In this document: piece by piece, positions 16,948 through 32,252 of the stretch
Position numbering within the stretch: position 1 is the stretch's first letter
How the letters are laid out: every line of letters begins with the position of its first letter
Assembly: GCF_009914755.1 (NCBI RefSeq)
Contig: NC_060929.1
Origin: the human T2T-CHM13v2.0 reference genome, Homo sapiens
Length of the DNA stretch: 64,000 nt
Reading direction: 5' to 3' (one strand)
Notes under the pieces: generated by a model
What the model was told of the DNA's origin: nothing
The model's database searches: none
What the model saw: only the letters and a program-made list of their open reading frames with translations
Position numbers and translations under genes: made by a program

Positions 16948-17681
16948 CATTAGAGAAATGCACATCAAAACTACCAAGTGATACCATCTCATACCAGTCA
17001 GGATGGCTATTATTAAAAAGTCAAAAAACAACAGATGCTGGCAAGGTTGCAGAGAAAAGGGAATGCTTATATACTGCTGGTGGGAATGTAAATTAATTCA
17101 GCTACTGTGGAAAACAGTCTGGAGATTTCTCAAAGAACTAAAAATAGAACCACCATTTGACCCAGCAACCCCATTACTGGGTATATACCCAAAGGAGAAT
17201 AAATTGTTCTACCAAAAGACACATGCACACATATGTTCATTAAGCACTATTCACAATAGCAAAGACATGCAATCAATCTAGGTGCCCATCCACAATGGAT
17301 TGGATAAAGAAAATGTGGTACACCATGGAATACTACGCAGCCATAAAAAAGAACAAAATCATGTCCTTTGCAGTAACATGGACACAGCTGGAAGCCATTA
17401 TCCTAAGTTAATTAACACAGAAACAGAACACCAAATATCACGTGTTTTCACTTGTAAGTGGGCTAAACCCTGGGTGCCTATGGACATAAAGATGGGAAAA
17501 ACAGACACTGGGGACTCCAAAGGGAGTGGGGGCAAGGGCTGATAAATTTCCTATTGGGTACTATGTTCACCATCTGAGTAATGGGATCAACAGAAGCCAA
17601 AACTCAGCATCACACAATATACAAACGTAACAAACCTGCATATGTACCTCTTGAATCTAGAATGTAATTTTAAATTTTAAA
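16948..17681 (+). mobile_element. 5'-truncated older primate L1 (L1PB/late-L1PA-like), 3' end
   Basis: Degenerate ORF2 C-terminus (MAIIKKSKNNRCW...[15 protein letters not shown]) plus 3' UTR. TSD aaaggtggggattca at 16933-16947 and 17682-17696. Confidence 0.9.
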
Positions 17682-17895
17682 AAAGGTGGGGATTCAGTAT
17701 ACTCCCCAAACCTCAGACAACTGTATCAGCCAATTAGGGTGGGATATGTGCTAGGTGTACACACACATGCATCACACACTATGTGGAAGGAGAGGGCTGG
17801 TAAGAGGAGACACAGAAGAAGGAGACAGAATTTCTGACATCTAAGCACTCTCCCTTTGCCACTGCACTAGTAAACGTTTGTGAAAAGAATCTGCA

Positions 17896-18229
<334 letters not shown>

Positions 18230-19461
18230 CTAGAAAGTGACCTCTTCAAAGGCTTCACTGGGAGCCCTCCCCAGGAAGAGAAAGGGCTCCCTAAGTGAAG
18301 GTGGAAAGGCAGTGGAGAATATGCAGGGAAAAGAGAGCACAGGAACGGCAGAGAAGCAGAAGGGTCAAGGTTCAGAGCCAGAAAGAATCAGCAGGACTCA
18401 GAATTGAGGCTACTGGGTAATGTCCTTCACAAAAATCATCATATCAAGACTATCTTTACAAGTCTTCAGAAAGAAGACTTGTTTGTGCCTTCAGAAACAG
18501 GCTGCAGGGAGACATGAGAGTCTCTGCAGGCTCCTGGGGTCAGGGACTTAATCAGAGAGGAAAAGCATGCCAAGAAATGGAGCAAATGCTTGTTGCTTTG
18601 TTGACCAAGAGGCTAACACAGCACAGGTAGCTAGCTGGCAGGTGGGCAGCCAGTAGGTCCTCAGCTAATTTCCAGACACTGGCCAAACAGGAGACACGGA
18701 ACAGAATAGCAGCCATGACAGTGCTTGAGCAGGGGTAAGAAGGAGGTGTTTTATTGCAAGGGAAGAAGGTGGCCATGACTGAATTTATCAAGTTAAATGA
18801 TCAGACCTATTTCCTAGTCATTCACCATCTTTCTTCAGGCTGGAACAAGTGGCAATGAAGATTTCTTTCCAGCTAGCTAAATAAACATAATGGACTGAAT
18901 ATAAATGTTCATTTCTACTCCCTCCCAGAACCCCATTAAAATAATAGAATGACAAGCTCTAGTGCAGAGAACGTCTCCAAGAAAAATAAGTGAACCAACA
19001 GATTATCTGATGTATTGAGGACTGTTCTAACAAGAATTAGTGGTAGAACCATACACTATGCAAGAGAAAAAGACAATTATTAACTGCCCTTCTTATTAAA
19101 GTTTTCTGATTTAAAAAAACACTATAATTATAATAGATGGCTTAGTTCAGTTGTGGAAATGGTATTTGGACAATAAAGAGGGGGATGGCTGCATGTGTAT
19201 AAAGGGAAAGTCTGCAAAAGCTCAATCTTATTCTTCTGGAGAAGTCAACAAATAATATCTAAAACTAATCAAAAAATAGCAGTTGCACATATTATTTTGA
19301 TAAATGGAAGTGAGTAGCAGATGAAGTAGCTTTTAGCTGGATCAGAACCTGCATTTTAATTCCTTAAGGATTGAAAATGAGTGGCTCTGGAGCACAAGAC
19401 TCAGTGTGGAAAGGTGGAGCAGGGCACTCCTCATCGTTATAAGCCCTTCAATAGTACGTGA

Positions 19462-19763
<302 letters not shown>

Positions 19764-20130
19764 AGTACGTGACTTTTAAAAGAATGTTTATGGAACGCTC
19801 AGATAAAAACAAAGGTTTTCTTAACAATAACAAGACGTAGCTCAAGACCTAGCTCAGTTTGCTCTCCCCACTCCCCAAATCTTCTTGGATCTCCTTCCTC
19901 TACTCTAGTGAAAATTACCGTCTGTACCATCCCCTTGGCAATTAATCATTTTCCACTTGGCAATGAGCTAAACTGTCCTATCATTAATTATCTTTCCACC
20001 TGTATCCCTAACTAAATCATAGCTGCTTCACAGCAGAGACCACTTCTCATAATCTTTGAGGAGTCTGCAGAAGACCAGGTGATTAGATCCACAAACTCGG
20101 AGGAGGTGCTGCAGTCCGGCTCCCCCTTAC

Positions 20131-20293
20131 CTGCGTAGGCATTGGCCTGCTGCAGAAGGTCAGTGCAGGTGTGTACATCTGCAAACGCACGGATGCCCAG
20201 GCAATTGGTGGGATGCAACTGAGACTGCAGGAAGTCACAGCAGTTCTGCCGAACATCCATGAGCTGCAGCAAGCTGGCTGCCGGGAGCAGCAC
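20131..20293 (-). CDS. KLHL3: KLHL3 exon 5 (163 nt; end of BTB and start of BACK, VLLPAASLLQL...HPTNCLGIRAFADVHTCTDLLQQANAYA)
   Basis: Acceptor ttctcttgcag|GTG and donor CAG|gtaagg. Contains the BACK motif NCLGIRAFA. Confidence 0.97.
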
Positions 20294-20529
20294 CTGCAAG
20301 AGAAGGTGACATTCTCAGATATTGGATCCCACTGGCAGAGACTCATCTGCCTTTTCCTATCATATCACTCCCATGCTCAAGATCTTTTCATGGCTCTCCA
20401 CTGCCCGCCAGTAAGTCCAAACTTCCTAGCCTGCTTTCCAGCCTTATTTCCCACTACTCTGCCCTTCACGGACCCTAAACACCAGCAGATTCTCTGTATC
20501 CCTACAGCCATGCTTCCCAGTCTTTAATC

Positions 20530-20661
20530 CCTGGGGATCTTATTAAAATGCAGATTCTAATTCATTAGGTCTAGGATGGGATCTGAGAGCCTGCATTTCT
20601 AATAAGAACTCAAGTGATGCTTGCAGTTGCTGGTCCACAAACCACACTTTGAGTAACAAAA

Positions 20662-20708
<47 letters not shown>

Positions 20709-20883
20709 GGTTCTCATACTGGGCTGCACACTGGTATTACCTTAAGAGTTTTAAAACTACTGATGTCTAGGTCTTGCCCTAAAAGAATCTAACTCAATAG
20801 GTATGGAGTGTGGCCTGGACATTAAGATGTTTTTTAAAGCTCCCCAGGTGCTTCTAATGTACAGCCACGTTTGAGAGCCACTG
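20530..20883. mobile_element. Two MER5-family (hAT-Charlie) MITE remnants separated by (CA)n at about 20667-20705
   Basis: Motifs aaaatgcagattc...gcctgcatttctaa...accacactttgagta and aagctccccaggtg.ttctaatgtacagcca...gccactg. Confidence 0.75.
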
Positions 20884-21856
20884 TCCCACAACCTTCAGTG
20901 TACTGTCCTCATTCAGAAAGGTACTTAATGAATGATTAATTACTGAACATCTATGTGCCAGGCACTAGTTTAGGCTCTGGGATTCAGGGGTAAGCAAGAG
21001 AAACCAGATCCTGTTCTCCTGGAGCTTAGAGTCTACTGGAACAAGATTCATTCCAAATCCCTCAGGACTCAGGCAACGACACTTTATTCTCCCATCAAAC
21101 AGATACAAAGCAAAGAACATCTTTAGGTACATTCTTAGAGAAAGGAGAGCTAAGTTTCCATTTAAAAGGTCACAGGACACATGACTATTTATACTATATC
21201 CTGAAAGACAGAAATAGTTCTTGCTCAGGTGTATATGCATGTGTTTTTCCTAAGGGTCAGGGAAGACTGGCTTGAGCAGGCCCGCTGGGTGCTCAGACAG
21301 CCAACCTCTATCAATTTTCCCTAGGACTTTCCCTCAGCTGCTGAAGCCTGCCTCTAGATCAAACATACAGGACAAAAGGCCAAAGTCCTGTCCCACTCCA
21401 GCTCTGCTACCCTGCCCTTCACCTATGGAAGCAGCAGGTAGTCTGAGAATGATTTTCCAAAAAGAAATTTAGAAAAAAAATCACACTACAGAATAGCTTG
21501 ATTTAAGGCTGCTTATCTTGGGGACCCTGGCATCCACTTCACCCCAAAATAATCCCCTTGCCCCAGGCCTTTGCTCTCAGCTGCTGCCCTGGCTCTGAGA
21601 GAGTGACTGAGCCAGCTACACTCTAGCTGTTCCCAGCCACAAGGGCTTGCCCAGGAAGATATGGGCTGCAGATGCATTTGTTTTCTTGATTCAGGACACT
21701 TGAAAAAGACTTCTTTTTTTTTTTTTTAAGTGCTTTAAATTCTGGACTCTTTCTCCCAAGACAGCTCTGAGTCCTCAGCTCTGACTCTCATCACTTTTAT
21801 GTACTCAGGCCAAAAACTCTGCCCCACTGCCCATTTGGGGGCTTTGTCCCTCCACT

Positions 21857-21940
21857 GGGTTTACCAACAGTCCTAGTTTTTCCAGGACTGGGGGTTTCCC
21901 AGGACCTTCAGGGCTAAAAATGGGACAGTCGGTCACCCTT
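21857..21940 (+). mobile_element. MER81-like hAT MITE
   Basis: gggtttaccaac...gggggtttcccaggac...ggtcaccct matches recalled MER81 TIRs. Confidence 0.65.
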
Positions 21941-22541
21941 CATTATCCCTGCCCACAGACAATAACCACCAAGAGCCACCACTATCAGTGCTCGAACTCC
22001 TGAGCCAAATGCCTACGCTCAACAAGGAAAGCTGCTCCTACCCACAGGCTTACACTTGTCTCTCACGACAGCTGAGTTCTAGAAAACGTGCTCCTTTTCC
22101 CTTCCTCCATCCTCTCTTCCACTATCCTATATCCCCAGCAGGAAAACAGTAAATTAACACCATGTCTGTGATATTTTCTGAACCACTAATACATTCCTGA
22201 GAAAGAAAAAGATAAAATCACCCTCTTCTGAAAGTTTTGGACTATAAATGAACACAGCCAGGATCCAAATCTAACCACCTGAACTCTCTCCCCACTAAGC
22301 AGCCATCATCTCCTCTAAGCAGCCATAAACTGGGAAACTCAATTAACCTGTGAGCTTGCTCAGCCCGGCCGAACAGATTCCAGGACCAGATTAGTCTCTG
22401 CCTGCTAGTCAAATGGGGATCCATTAACCATTCTTGCTGAATGCACACCAGGAATAAAAAGCTCTGCTCCCAGTCTCCAAATGACCTCCATGACACCCCC
22501 TGGCCAGTATCAGCTAGAGTTAAGACTGGTGTCAAGGCCAT

Positions 22542-22652
22542 AGGTTGACCAATCATGCTGATTTACCTGGGACTTTGCCATTTTTACCACTGAAAGTCCC
22601 CATCTCAGAAGGCCCCTCGCTTCTGGGCAAAATAGGATAGGTGTTCATCCTA
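22542..22652 (-). mobile_element. MER81-like hAT MITE, opposite orientation
   Basis: taggttgacca...cactgaaagtccc...ttcatccta. Confidence 0.6.
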
Positions 22653-25012
22653 GGGAGGAGTAACCTCTAACCAGTGACCCTCAGAAGCCCTGAGGGAGAG
22701 GAAGCCATCAAATGTTGGCCAGCACAAACCCTACTCAGAGGTGTGGTAAACTCCAAAAGGGCCAGATGTGAGAAGAGGCAGGAATTCAACAGCAACCCTC
22801 TCCCCACCACCCACCATCCAAGAGGATTTCTGAGAGTCCAATCTGCCCTCAGACTGCATTCCAGCGAGCTCCCCAACCCCATACGCATATACAAGATCAT
22901 GCCAGTGACACACAGTCCCTTCCCCCTTCCCCTCTTCCAAGGAGACAGCAGCACAGTGTGGTGCTTAAATTCTCAAGCTCATGACAACCAGCCAGAGAAA
23001 TGAAATAATAAATATTTCCTGAATATACTCCTTAGGTTACACTTTCCATTTTTAAAACCTCCCTGGATAGAGCTACCCACATAGCTTTCAACTTCCCTAC
23101 TGTTCACAATACCCACTTAGTAGGCAAAAATTATAAGGCTTTCTACCTCTCCACACCCCTTATCCTGTTTGAGTCCACTCCTACCCAAAAGCCTTCCCAA
23201 ACCGACTTCCTAAAATGAATGGGCCTTCTGGTTTCTCTAGTTGCTCTTTCCCTCTCTTTGACTCTGAGACTAGCTTAGAGTCAAAGGCCATTTTCTTCCT
23301 TCTACTTGCTTCATACAGAAAAGTGTGGGAAAAAAAAGTCAAGGAAATCAGAATGCTGAAGGGAAGGCTTGGAGGCTGGAAGATGTATCACTGCTCAGAC
23401 TCTGGGTCTCAGGGATAAATTAGGGCCCCATCCAATGGGGTTCTGGGATCTAGACACAAGTACAAAATACATTCCCAGAGGCCCTGAAAGAAAAAAGAGC
23501 AATACATCCATGAAATGACTGTCTTCAGTTCCCTCTCCCCACATCAACAGGGCTTTGAGAGGACTTCCTCTTCTCTTATCTTGCCTGAAACTCTACTTCT
23601 TCAAAGCAGCAGCAGTGACAAGATTATGAACAAAAGGCCAAGTGCAGGTCCTCAGCTCTGAAGCAAGACCATCCTCATAGAATAACTAAGGCAGTACTGC
23701 CTGGTCCCTGGAGGGAGGAGGCTGAGATCAGAGGAGTAGTTGGCCAAATCCACCCATCAGGATGGAAGATTACCGTAAGTCAAAAATCTTCTAGCTTGCC
23801 TTCTGCCACCTCAGCATTACAGTTCTTGGAAAACAGGCCCTGAAATGGCCCCCAGCAAGAGTCTACAGGTTACCCTTCAGCTTGCAATGGCTTCCCCTCC
23901 ATTTTTCATGTGCAGGCCCCGTTTTGTTTTTTTTTCTCCCTCAGATAACATGAAAACACAGCAGAGGATATCCTGCCACAGAGTTTGCTTCCTCTAGCAA
24001 AAACAAAAGGAAATGCCCTGCCTCAGAAAGCACCTTCTCCTGGAATTGCAGGGAGGCAGGGCCATGCACAGAGGGAGGGCATCAGCCAGGGGGCGCAGGT
24101 GTTGGGGCCACCCAGGGTCTCTGCCCCAATCACACAGTGGGTCTGGCACAGAATCAGTGCCACATAAAGAAAGAAAGGAAAAGAGGTGGGGGGTATATAG
24201 ATGAACAGGAAAGCTGGCAGAACAGCACTGTGATTAAGCGTCATTTTGAATTTTGACTCCTCCACTTACCAGCCATGCAACTGAGGACAAATTACTTAAC
24301 CTCTCAATGCCTCTGTCTCCTCAAAAATAAAATGAGGACAATAAGGTTTGTTATGAGGATCAAATGAGAAAAATTTAAAGCAGTTAGCACAGTGCTTGGT
24401 ACATAGGAAGTGCTCAGTTGATGTTAGTTTTTATTATTGTAAATAATTATGAGCCAAAGTCAAGGTTCTGATCATTCATTTCATGAGAAACTAGAATTCA
24501 TCATAGCCACAGAGCACAGTGAGTCAGAGGGGGCTGGCTTCAGCTTCCAACTCTACCACTTACTCTCTATGTGACCATGGCAGTTTTTTTAACCCCTTTG
24601 AGCACCAGTTTCTTCAGCTGTAAAGGAGGAATCATATTGGTATGGTCCAATGGGTGATTATAAAAATTGAATGGAATAATGCATGTGAATTGATGGGCAC
24701 ATGCTTGCTTATAAAAGTATGACTGCTGGTACCTCCACCACGGAACGGGAACTCAGGGTCCCTCCAAGGTATGTGTGCCTGGGAAGGGACTCCAGGTGTA
24801 GCTCTCACAGCCATTTAACCAAGCCCCAGATCTCTGACCCTTGTTTCTAAGGCTTTCAGGAAAGCCCCAGTGCCTCCATGCTCATCTCCTCGGTGCACCA
24901 AATCCTCAATACCTCCTGTCTTCACAGACAACCTGTGAGCAACCGCCTCAGCAGATAAATAACAGCATGAAGAAGAATCCACGTTTTTATCCAAACTCTC
25001 TTCTTCCCAATC

Positions 25013-25312
25013 TTTTTTTTTTTTCTTTTTGGAGACAGAGTCTCGCTCTGTCATCCAGATTGGAGTGCAGTGGTGCAGTCTCAGCTCACAGCAACCTCCG
25101 CCTCCTGGGTTCAAGTGATTCTCCTGCCTCGGCCTCCCAAGTAGATGGAATTAAAGGCACCTGCCACCACGCCCAGCTAATTTTTGTCTTTTCAGTAGAG
25201 ACAGGGTTTCACTGTGTTGGCCAGGCTGGTTTCGAACTCCTTACCTCAGGTGATCTGCCTGCCTCAGCTTCCAAAAGCGCTGGGATTATAGGTGTGAGCC
25301 ACCATGCCCAGC
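25013..25312 (-). mobile_element. AluSx-like
   Basis: Full dimer. TSD approximately ccaatcttt. Confidence 0.92.
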
Positions 25313-25344
25313 CCCTTGCCAATCTTTCTTGTTTTTTCTCCAAC

Positions 25345-25550
25345 ATCACCCTTGACCTAACCACAGTTTAAAGTGAAGAGATTAAAAGTCCCCAAACAAT
25401 GAGGTTCAGAGAATTTTCAGTTTGGTGAATGCATCCACATGCTGGGAGGGTGACATAACCCAACCTCATAAGACAGAAGCTTCTGGACTCAGGACCACCA
25501 AACAGTGAACATTATGTCCACATAAACTGTACCTTGCTTTATGTACCTCT
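25345..25550. mobile_element. LTR fragment (MER21-like)
   Basis: ggttcagaga...ttggtgaa...catgctgggagggtg...gacagaagct...caggacc resembles recalled MER21. Confidence 0.5.
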
Positions 25551-26136
25551 TAATCCTAACCAGGCAATAAGGATCCAGAGTAGAATATCTTCTAATTATC
25601 CAAGTTTGTAAACACTTTGTATTTTACAGGAAAAAAAAGTTATTAAATAAATACATGATGAAAAGAGCAAAGAGAGCTGGTTCCAATTATAGACTTCTAC
25701 TACCTCCCCTCTACTCATTTTATGCCAAATTACTTTGCACTTACTGTTAGTACCCAAAAGTTATTCACCTGTTTGAATTCTGAGATGAGACGATGACCTG
25801 GGGAGAATAGGAGTCACCTAAGCTCCCAGCTTTTCCTTCACAAGATTTTGAAGACATGAGTTAAAGATCTTCTACTCCCGGGGCCCAGGCTCATTCAGGG
25901 ATATCATGGCCTAGTGGCTAAAAGCATGGGTGCCCAAGCCAGGAAGGCATGAGTTTGAGGACCAGCTCGACCACCTCCTGGCCATGTGGCCCAGGGCAGG
26001 TCACCTGACCTCTCTGGAGCTTTAGTTTCCTCTTCAGTAACCAACTGAATTGTTGTGAGGGTTAAATAAAATAACGCTGTAAAATGGTGGGTCCTGAGTG
26101 TGCAATACACTGAGCTATTAGTGAGCCTGAGTTTAC

Positions 26137-26258
26137 CTGGACATTCTCTTCAGTCACCTCGATTTCAGCAGTATAGATGTAGTCAATCAGCTTACTCAGC
26201 GTCTGCCCATCCACGTCCTTGATTTCTATCTTTTTGGCTTTACTCTCAGACATGTCAC
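26137..26258 (-). CDS. KLHL3: KLHL3 exon 4 (122 nt; BTB, GDMSESKAKKIEIKDVDGQTLSKLIDYIYTAEIEVTEENVQ)
   Basis: Acceptor aaactctag|GTGAC and donor CAG|gtaaac. In frame with exons 3 and 5. Confidence 0.97.
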
Positions 26259-26519
26259 CTAGAGTTTACAACAAAAACAAAATGACATAAATGTGGTACC
26301 TGGGATATGTTTACCTTCCAGATGGTCTCCTGCCCTGTCTTGGAAACATAAAAGCACTTCCTGGGCTCCAGGAGGCAGCAGAAGGGATTCAGGCACAGAA
26401 GAGGATAAACCAGGTAACATCAAGGTCACATCAGCTTTGGGTCTGTGATCACCTACAAACCCAGCCTTAAGCATTCCTTACTCTATCTATTGCCCACTTC
26501 CATTGTGAAGGCAAATCTG

Positions 26520-27430
26520 TGTGCAATCACTCATTTAACCAACATTTACTGTAAACTTCCATATACAAGGCCAGAAAAAGTGAACAAGATATGCACCTGT
26601 CCTTAAGGAACACAAGTCTAGTAAGGCAGATATACAAAAGTGTTTATAAACAGAGGTGATAAGAGCTTAGTACACAGTTATACACAAAGTATTGTGATAA
26701 CAACAATAATAAGTAACATTTCTTGAGAGCTAACTATGGCCACACACTTAAGCACTTTAAAGTCTTTTAATCCTCACAACAACCTTGAGGTTTATTAATA
26801 TTATTGCCATTTTACAGATGAAGAAACTGAGCACAGGAGGGTAGGTAATTCATTTTGCCCACAGTCACACACCTAGGAAAGGCCAAGTTGGGTTGAAACC
26901 CAGGGAGTCTGACTCTAGAGTCCATATTTGTAACCACTACGCTATACTAAATCCCAAGAACACAGAGGAGGGAGCAACAAATCTCTCCTGGGAACTCCAG
27001 TCAGGCATCCTATTAAGAGGTCACATTTGAGAGAGGTATTAGAGGATGAGGACGAGTTCTACAGGCAGCAAAGGTGAGGAAGGATGAGCTGAATCTGGGA
27101 TCCATTCGTGCAAAGAGAAGAAAGTACCAAAAGAATAAATTTTGGTGAAATGGCGAGAGGTTGGTGTGGCTGGTACATGGAGTAACAGTGAGAAGAAGGA
27201 AGCTGGAGAGGTAGATGGGGCCAGGGCTTGACAAGCCCTGTAAGTCAAGCTGGGACTTTATCCCAGGTGTAGCACCACTGAGAGGTTTTCAACAGGGAAA
27301 TGACATCAACAGATGGGCATTTTTGAACGAAATTTTGGATGCAGGGTGGAAGCTAGATCACATGCAGGGAGAACAGCTGGAGGCCCTGATAATAATCCAA
27401 AAAAGAGAGAAGGCAGGGCTGTAAATAACG
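26520..27430. mobile_element. L2 remnant interrupted by a MIR (about 26710-26945)
   Basis: L2 3' motifs (catttaaccaacatttact) and the MIR core cattttacagatgaagaaactgag. Confidence 0.65.
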
Positions 27431-28820
27431 GCAATAGCAGCACCACATTTCCACGGTCCTGAGGCCCCTTGCCTTCAGCCTGCACTCTATATACAACACA
27501 CGGGTTTATCGAAAGCCAGGCCCATTCAACAAGGGCTGCTGATTTCAGGAAAGACAGGCAACACATGTCTTTGTAGACTGAAATAAAGGGCAACCTAACT
27601 GCAAGAAACAAGAGATCCAGAAGCCTCAATGTGAGTGTGAAAACAGAGCCTGGGCAGTTGTTTTCTCTCTGTGGAATTCATACACCAGAGCCAAGAAAAT
27701 AAAGTACAGTACAGCATGTGGGCTGCAGACACCCACCTCCAAGCTGCACGGACTGCACATGATTCCTCCACCAATCCAGAGTCCCATCCTGACACAGTTC
27801 TAGAGCTGAATGACTGGAACGGAGAGAAAAGTAGCGGGGGAGACATTCCAAACCCCGCCTGCTCCCTTAACTGCCAGATCAGGTGGACCTGAGACCCTCC
27901 ACCCTGTTCTCTCTTCTCTGACTGCCAGTGAAAGCCTGTGAAAGGCCTCAGCACAGTGCCCTGGGGCAGAATGAACAGGTAAAGAAACAAGGGAAAAACA
28001 GTATATTACTCCTCCACCCATAAGACAGGATCCACAATCTCTCTCTTGAGTTTATTGAGACACACAAACAAAAACATGCATACACAAGGAAATCAGAAGT
28101 TAAGCTATTAAAAAGTTCATTGATGAGGGTCCAGTTGGTAATTACACTGCAAAAGATAATCAAAGATAGCCAATTCTTTGTTTAAGGAGTTAGCCCTCAA
28201 AAAATAAGACTTAAAAAATAGAGCAGCCGGACTGTAAGAACCAAGAGATTCAGAAGCCCTCACAGCAGTGTAAATCAGAGCCTGGGCTGACTGTTTTCTG
28301 CCTGTGGAATTTGTGGTTGAAAGTCAGGTTAGGGTTTTGTAACTTTGGGGTAAATAAATGGAAACGCCTGGAATTGTAAGAAAATATTTTTATATATGTG
28401 CAAAAGTTCACTTTTTCTAGGGGGATGACAGGTCATTTTTATCAGATTCTTACAGGCGTCTATGATTCAGAAAAGGTTAAGACACAGTTTTCTAGACAGT
28501 AGGTCTTTAGGAGACTTCTCCTTGCTCCTTTACATGACCCTCAAATTTCTAATTTTCTATATTAAGTACTTAAAACTTAAACAAGCAAGAAAAAAATGAT
28601 GTGAAAGAAAAACTAAGGGCTCAAAGACACCACTTATTTTCTGAGAAAGCTTGTAGAATCCAATCTTATTATCTCTTATGAACCAGCAAAAATGACTACA
28701 CCAAACTAAGACTTTAGTTTAAATGGGCCCTAAAAATAGTCATACTAATAGTCACTACTGTATACCTGACCTTCTGCTAAGGTACACTAATGTGTATCTG
28801 ACCCACATTATTTCATTTAA

Positions 28821-29312
<492 letters not shown>

Positions 29313-29849
29313 TCACCCTAACTAATAACCTTAATAAAAGTATTCCCAAACTCAAGGCATTGGTCCAAATTCTGAGGACAAGTTAGTACTTAATACCTAG
29401 CAAAGAACCAAGCGGCTTATCCTCAACACATAACAAAGTGCTTGGCATAAAACAAGCATTGAAAAAGTATTTATTGGAGTAGAAAATTTAAAAAAAAGAA
29501 GGGAGGTTCTCTTGACATCTCATAATTCCATGGGCTTCAGTAATTCTGGAGGAGGAAAACCATCAAGGACTTGGTCACTCTTGCTCCTTCACTCATCTCT
29601 AATAGTTTGAGAAAATATTTCCAGAAAACAGAAGATGAGCCCTGTAAGCCCTTCCATGTTTGTGGTCAACCCAAGTGCTCTCTTCTGCTAGCTCTTCCCA
29701 ACAGGCCCAGACAGCCACCTCAGACTCTGAACTTTCAGAGAATGTCTGTCAACTGCATATCTTGTTAGCCCTTTCCATCTTCCACTTACATCTGCTAACA
29801 TGCATGTCCTGTTTCTCCAAAGAGAACATGATTCTCTCTAGGGCAGATA

Positions 29850-30610
29850 TTTGCTCATTTATTCAATTCACCAAACACATATCAGATGTGTCCTCATGTG
29901 TCAAGCACTGTGCTAGGCCCAGAGAATACAGTGGTTAACAAGTCACAGCCCTGCCCTCATGGAGCTCAGTCTGGTGGAGAGAGAGACAAGAAAACCAACA
30001 ACTGCAAAAGATGTCAAATGTTAGAAAAGGGGATGTAGCTTTAAAGGTTCTTAAGCCAGGGATTCCTGCACCCTAAAGCTGCATGCAAAATGATGAGCAC
30101 ACAAGAGCACAGGTTTGCTCTTCCAGAGATAGAGTCCATTGTTTTCATCAGATTGATGCATAATGGTTAAGAGTCACTGATCTGGAGGAGTCATAGTTAT
30201 TCAGAAGAGAAGTGAGAATGAGGGAAGAGTATCCCAGACAGACAGAATAGTATATACAAAGGTCTGGAGGTAACAAAGGGTGTGACCTGTCTGGGAACCA
30301 TAACAAGTTCAATCTGGCTGGAGCACATTAGGGAAGAATGATGAGACAAGGCTGTAGATGAAAGCAGGAGCTGGACCATTTGAGGGACTTACAGGCCACG
30401 CTAAGGAGTTTAGACTTCATCCTAAGGGCAACAGGGAGCCCCTGATAGATTTTAAGCAGGTAAGGGATACATCAGATTTTTATATTGGGAAAATCACTGT
30501 AGCCACAGTGTGGAGAATGGGTGGGGAATGGGAAAACAAAACAGGTGGCAGATTGACCAATGAGAAGACTGCTGCAGAATATCAGGTAAAAGATGATGTT
30601 GGCCTGACTG
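29850..30610. mobile_element. L2 remnant
   Basis: tcatttattcaattc...cactgtgctagg...ccctgccctcatggagctc and ggagtttagacttcatccta. Confidence 0.65.
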
Positions 30611-31974
30611 TGTCTTGAACTTCTTTAAATACGTAGACCATTAGGGCCTTGCACTTAGCAGCCTCTGAGAACCACGGAGGGCCCAGAAGAGCAAGCAATC
30701 CCAGAAGCCTATTAGGTAAAAGCATCCAAGTCTTCATTCTAGATCCTAACAAGCACACTATGTGCACAGCTGAGACCTTTTTAGGTGGAAGACTGCCAAA
30801 GAAGAGCAAGAGGGAGAAGGATGGACTGGAGGAGGGAAAGGAAAATCTTTCATTATCACAGAAGACTCAAGATGTCCAGAAAAATCACTAGCTCATCTTC
30901 CAGGTTATTAAGTAAATAAAGCCTTGAGAATGAAAATGGAATAGATTGGTTGGCAGGTCTCTCTGACGAACACCACAGCTAAACCACCGACCACCCCTAC
31001 ATAGTTATATGTCCTTAAAGACAAGAAAAGGGAGTGTTCAAGAGTCCTTATGTCACAGAATACCTTCTTGCTCCTAACTTGAATTAGTACTGTAATTTAG
31101 TCTCATGTTCTGGGTAGAGAGAACAAAGGAAAATCCTTACCCTTTGCGCAATGATTCTTCATGGGCACTAAGATGGTTATGGAACTTTCTTCCCCCCAAC
31201 CCTCATCTAAGTCCTAAAATCTGGGCTGCCAACTCATTTGGCTAGAGCTGAGCACTAAGGCCAAAGACATTAACCTCACAGGAGAAAAAGAAATACTCTG
31301 CCATCTCCTTGAATCCTGACCAACCCTGTTGCAGGTGAGTGGTCTGGGCCATTTGACTGCAGATCAGGGAATGTCCTTAGTTCACAGGTCCTTATGTCAC
31401 ATTGGGAGTGAACAGCAGTCTGTATTCCTAAGTGCCACACAGTCCTCTGTTGAAGCACAGGTCACCCTATATCACCTGTGAAATAAGGACATTCTCTGTT
31501 CTGCCTTTATCCCAAGGTTGTGTGAGAATCAAAGGAGACAATGAGATTGTGAAAGGTGGGACAGCAGGATCCAGCAGAACCACAGTGATAGACACCGCCT
31601 CATCACCCGCCCTCCCTGGAATCTCATCCCTCCTCCACCTGGAAATATCTTTCTGCTCAACTAGAAGCACGAGAAGCACAAAGTCAGGAAAAAAATGCCT
31701 CTGTGTCATTACATAGTGACTACAAAAAAAAAAAAAAATCAACCCTAATCACCTCCACCCCCGACATCCACAAGAATTTTAAAAACTATGACGTGCTCTA
31801 CAATAATAAAAGTAGACTTTATTAACTATCTACACAGTGCTGAGTGCCTTATACCCGTTACCTATATTTGTTCCCTACTTATTGTTATTATTCCAGTCTC
31901 TTCAATAAGAAAGCTGAGGATCAGAGAGGAAAGTGAATTCTCCACGCACCTATGCAGTTAAGATTGGAATACAG

Positions 31975-32252
<278 letters not shown>

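Noticed and set aside
17003-17542. ORFs resembling the ORF2p C-terminus
   Set aside because: Frameshifted remnant of a truncated old L1, not a gene.
21857-22652. Two inverted MITEs as the ends of one composite transposon
   Set aside because: Each has its own TIR pair and there is no shared outer TSD, so independent MER81-like insertions are simpler.
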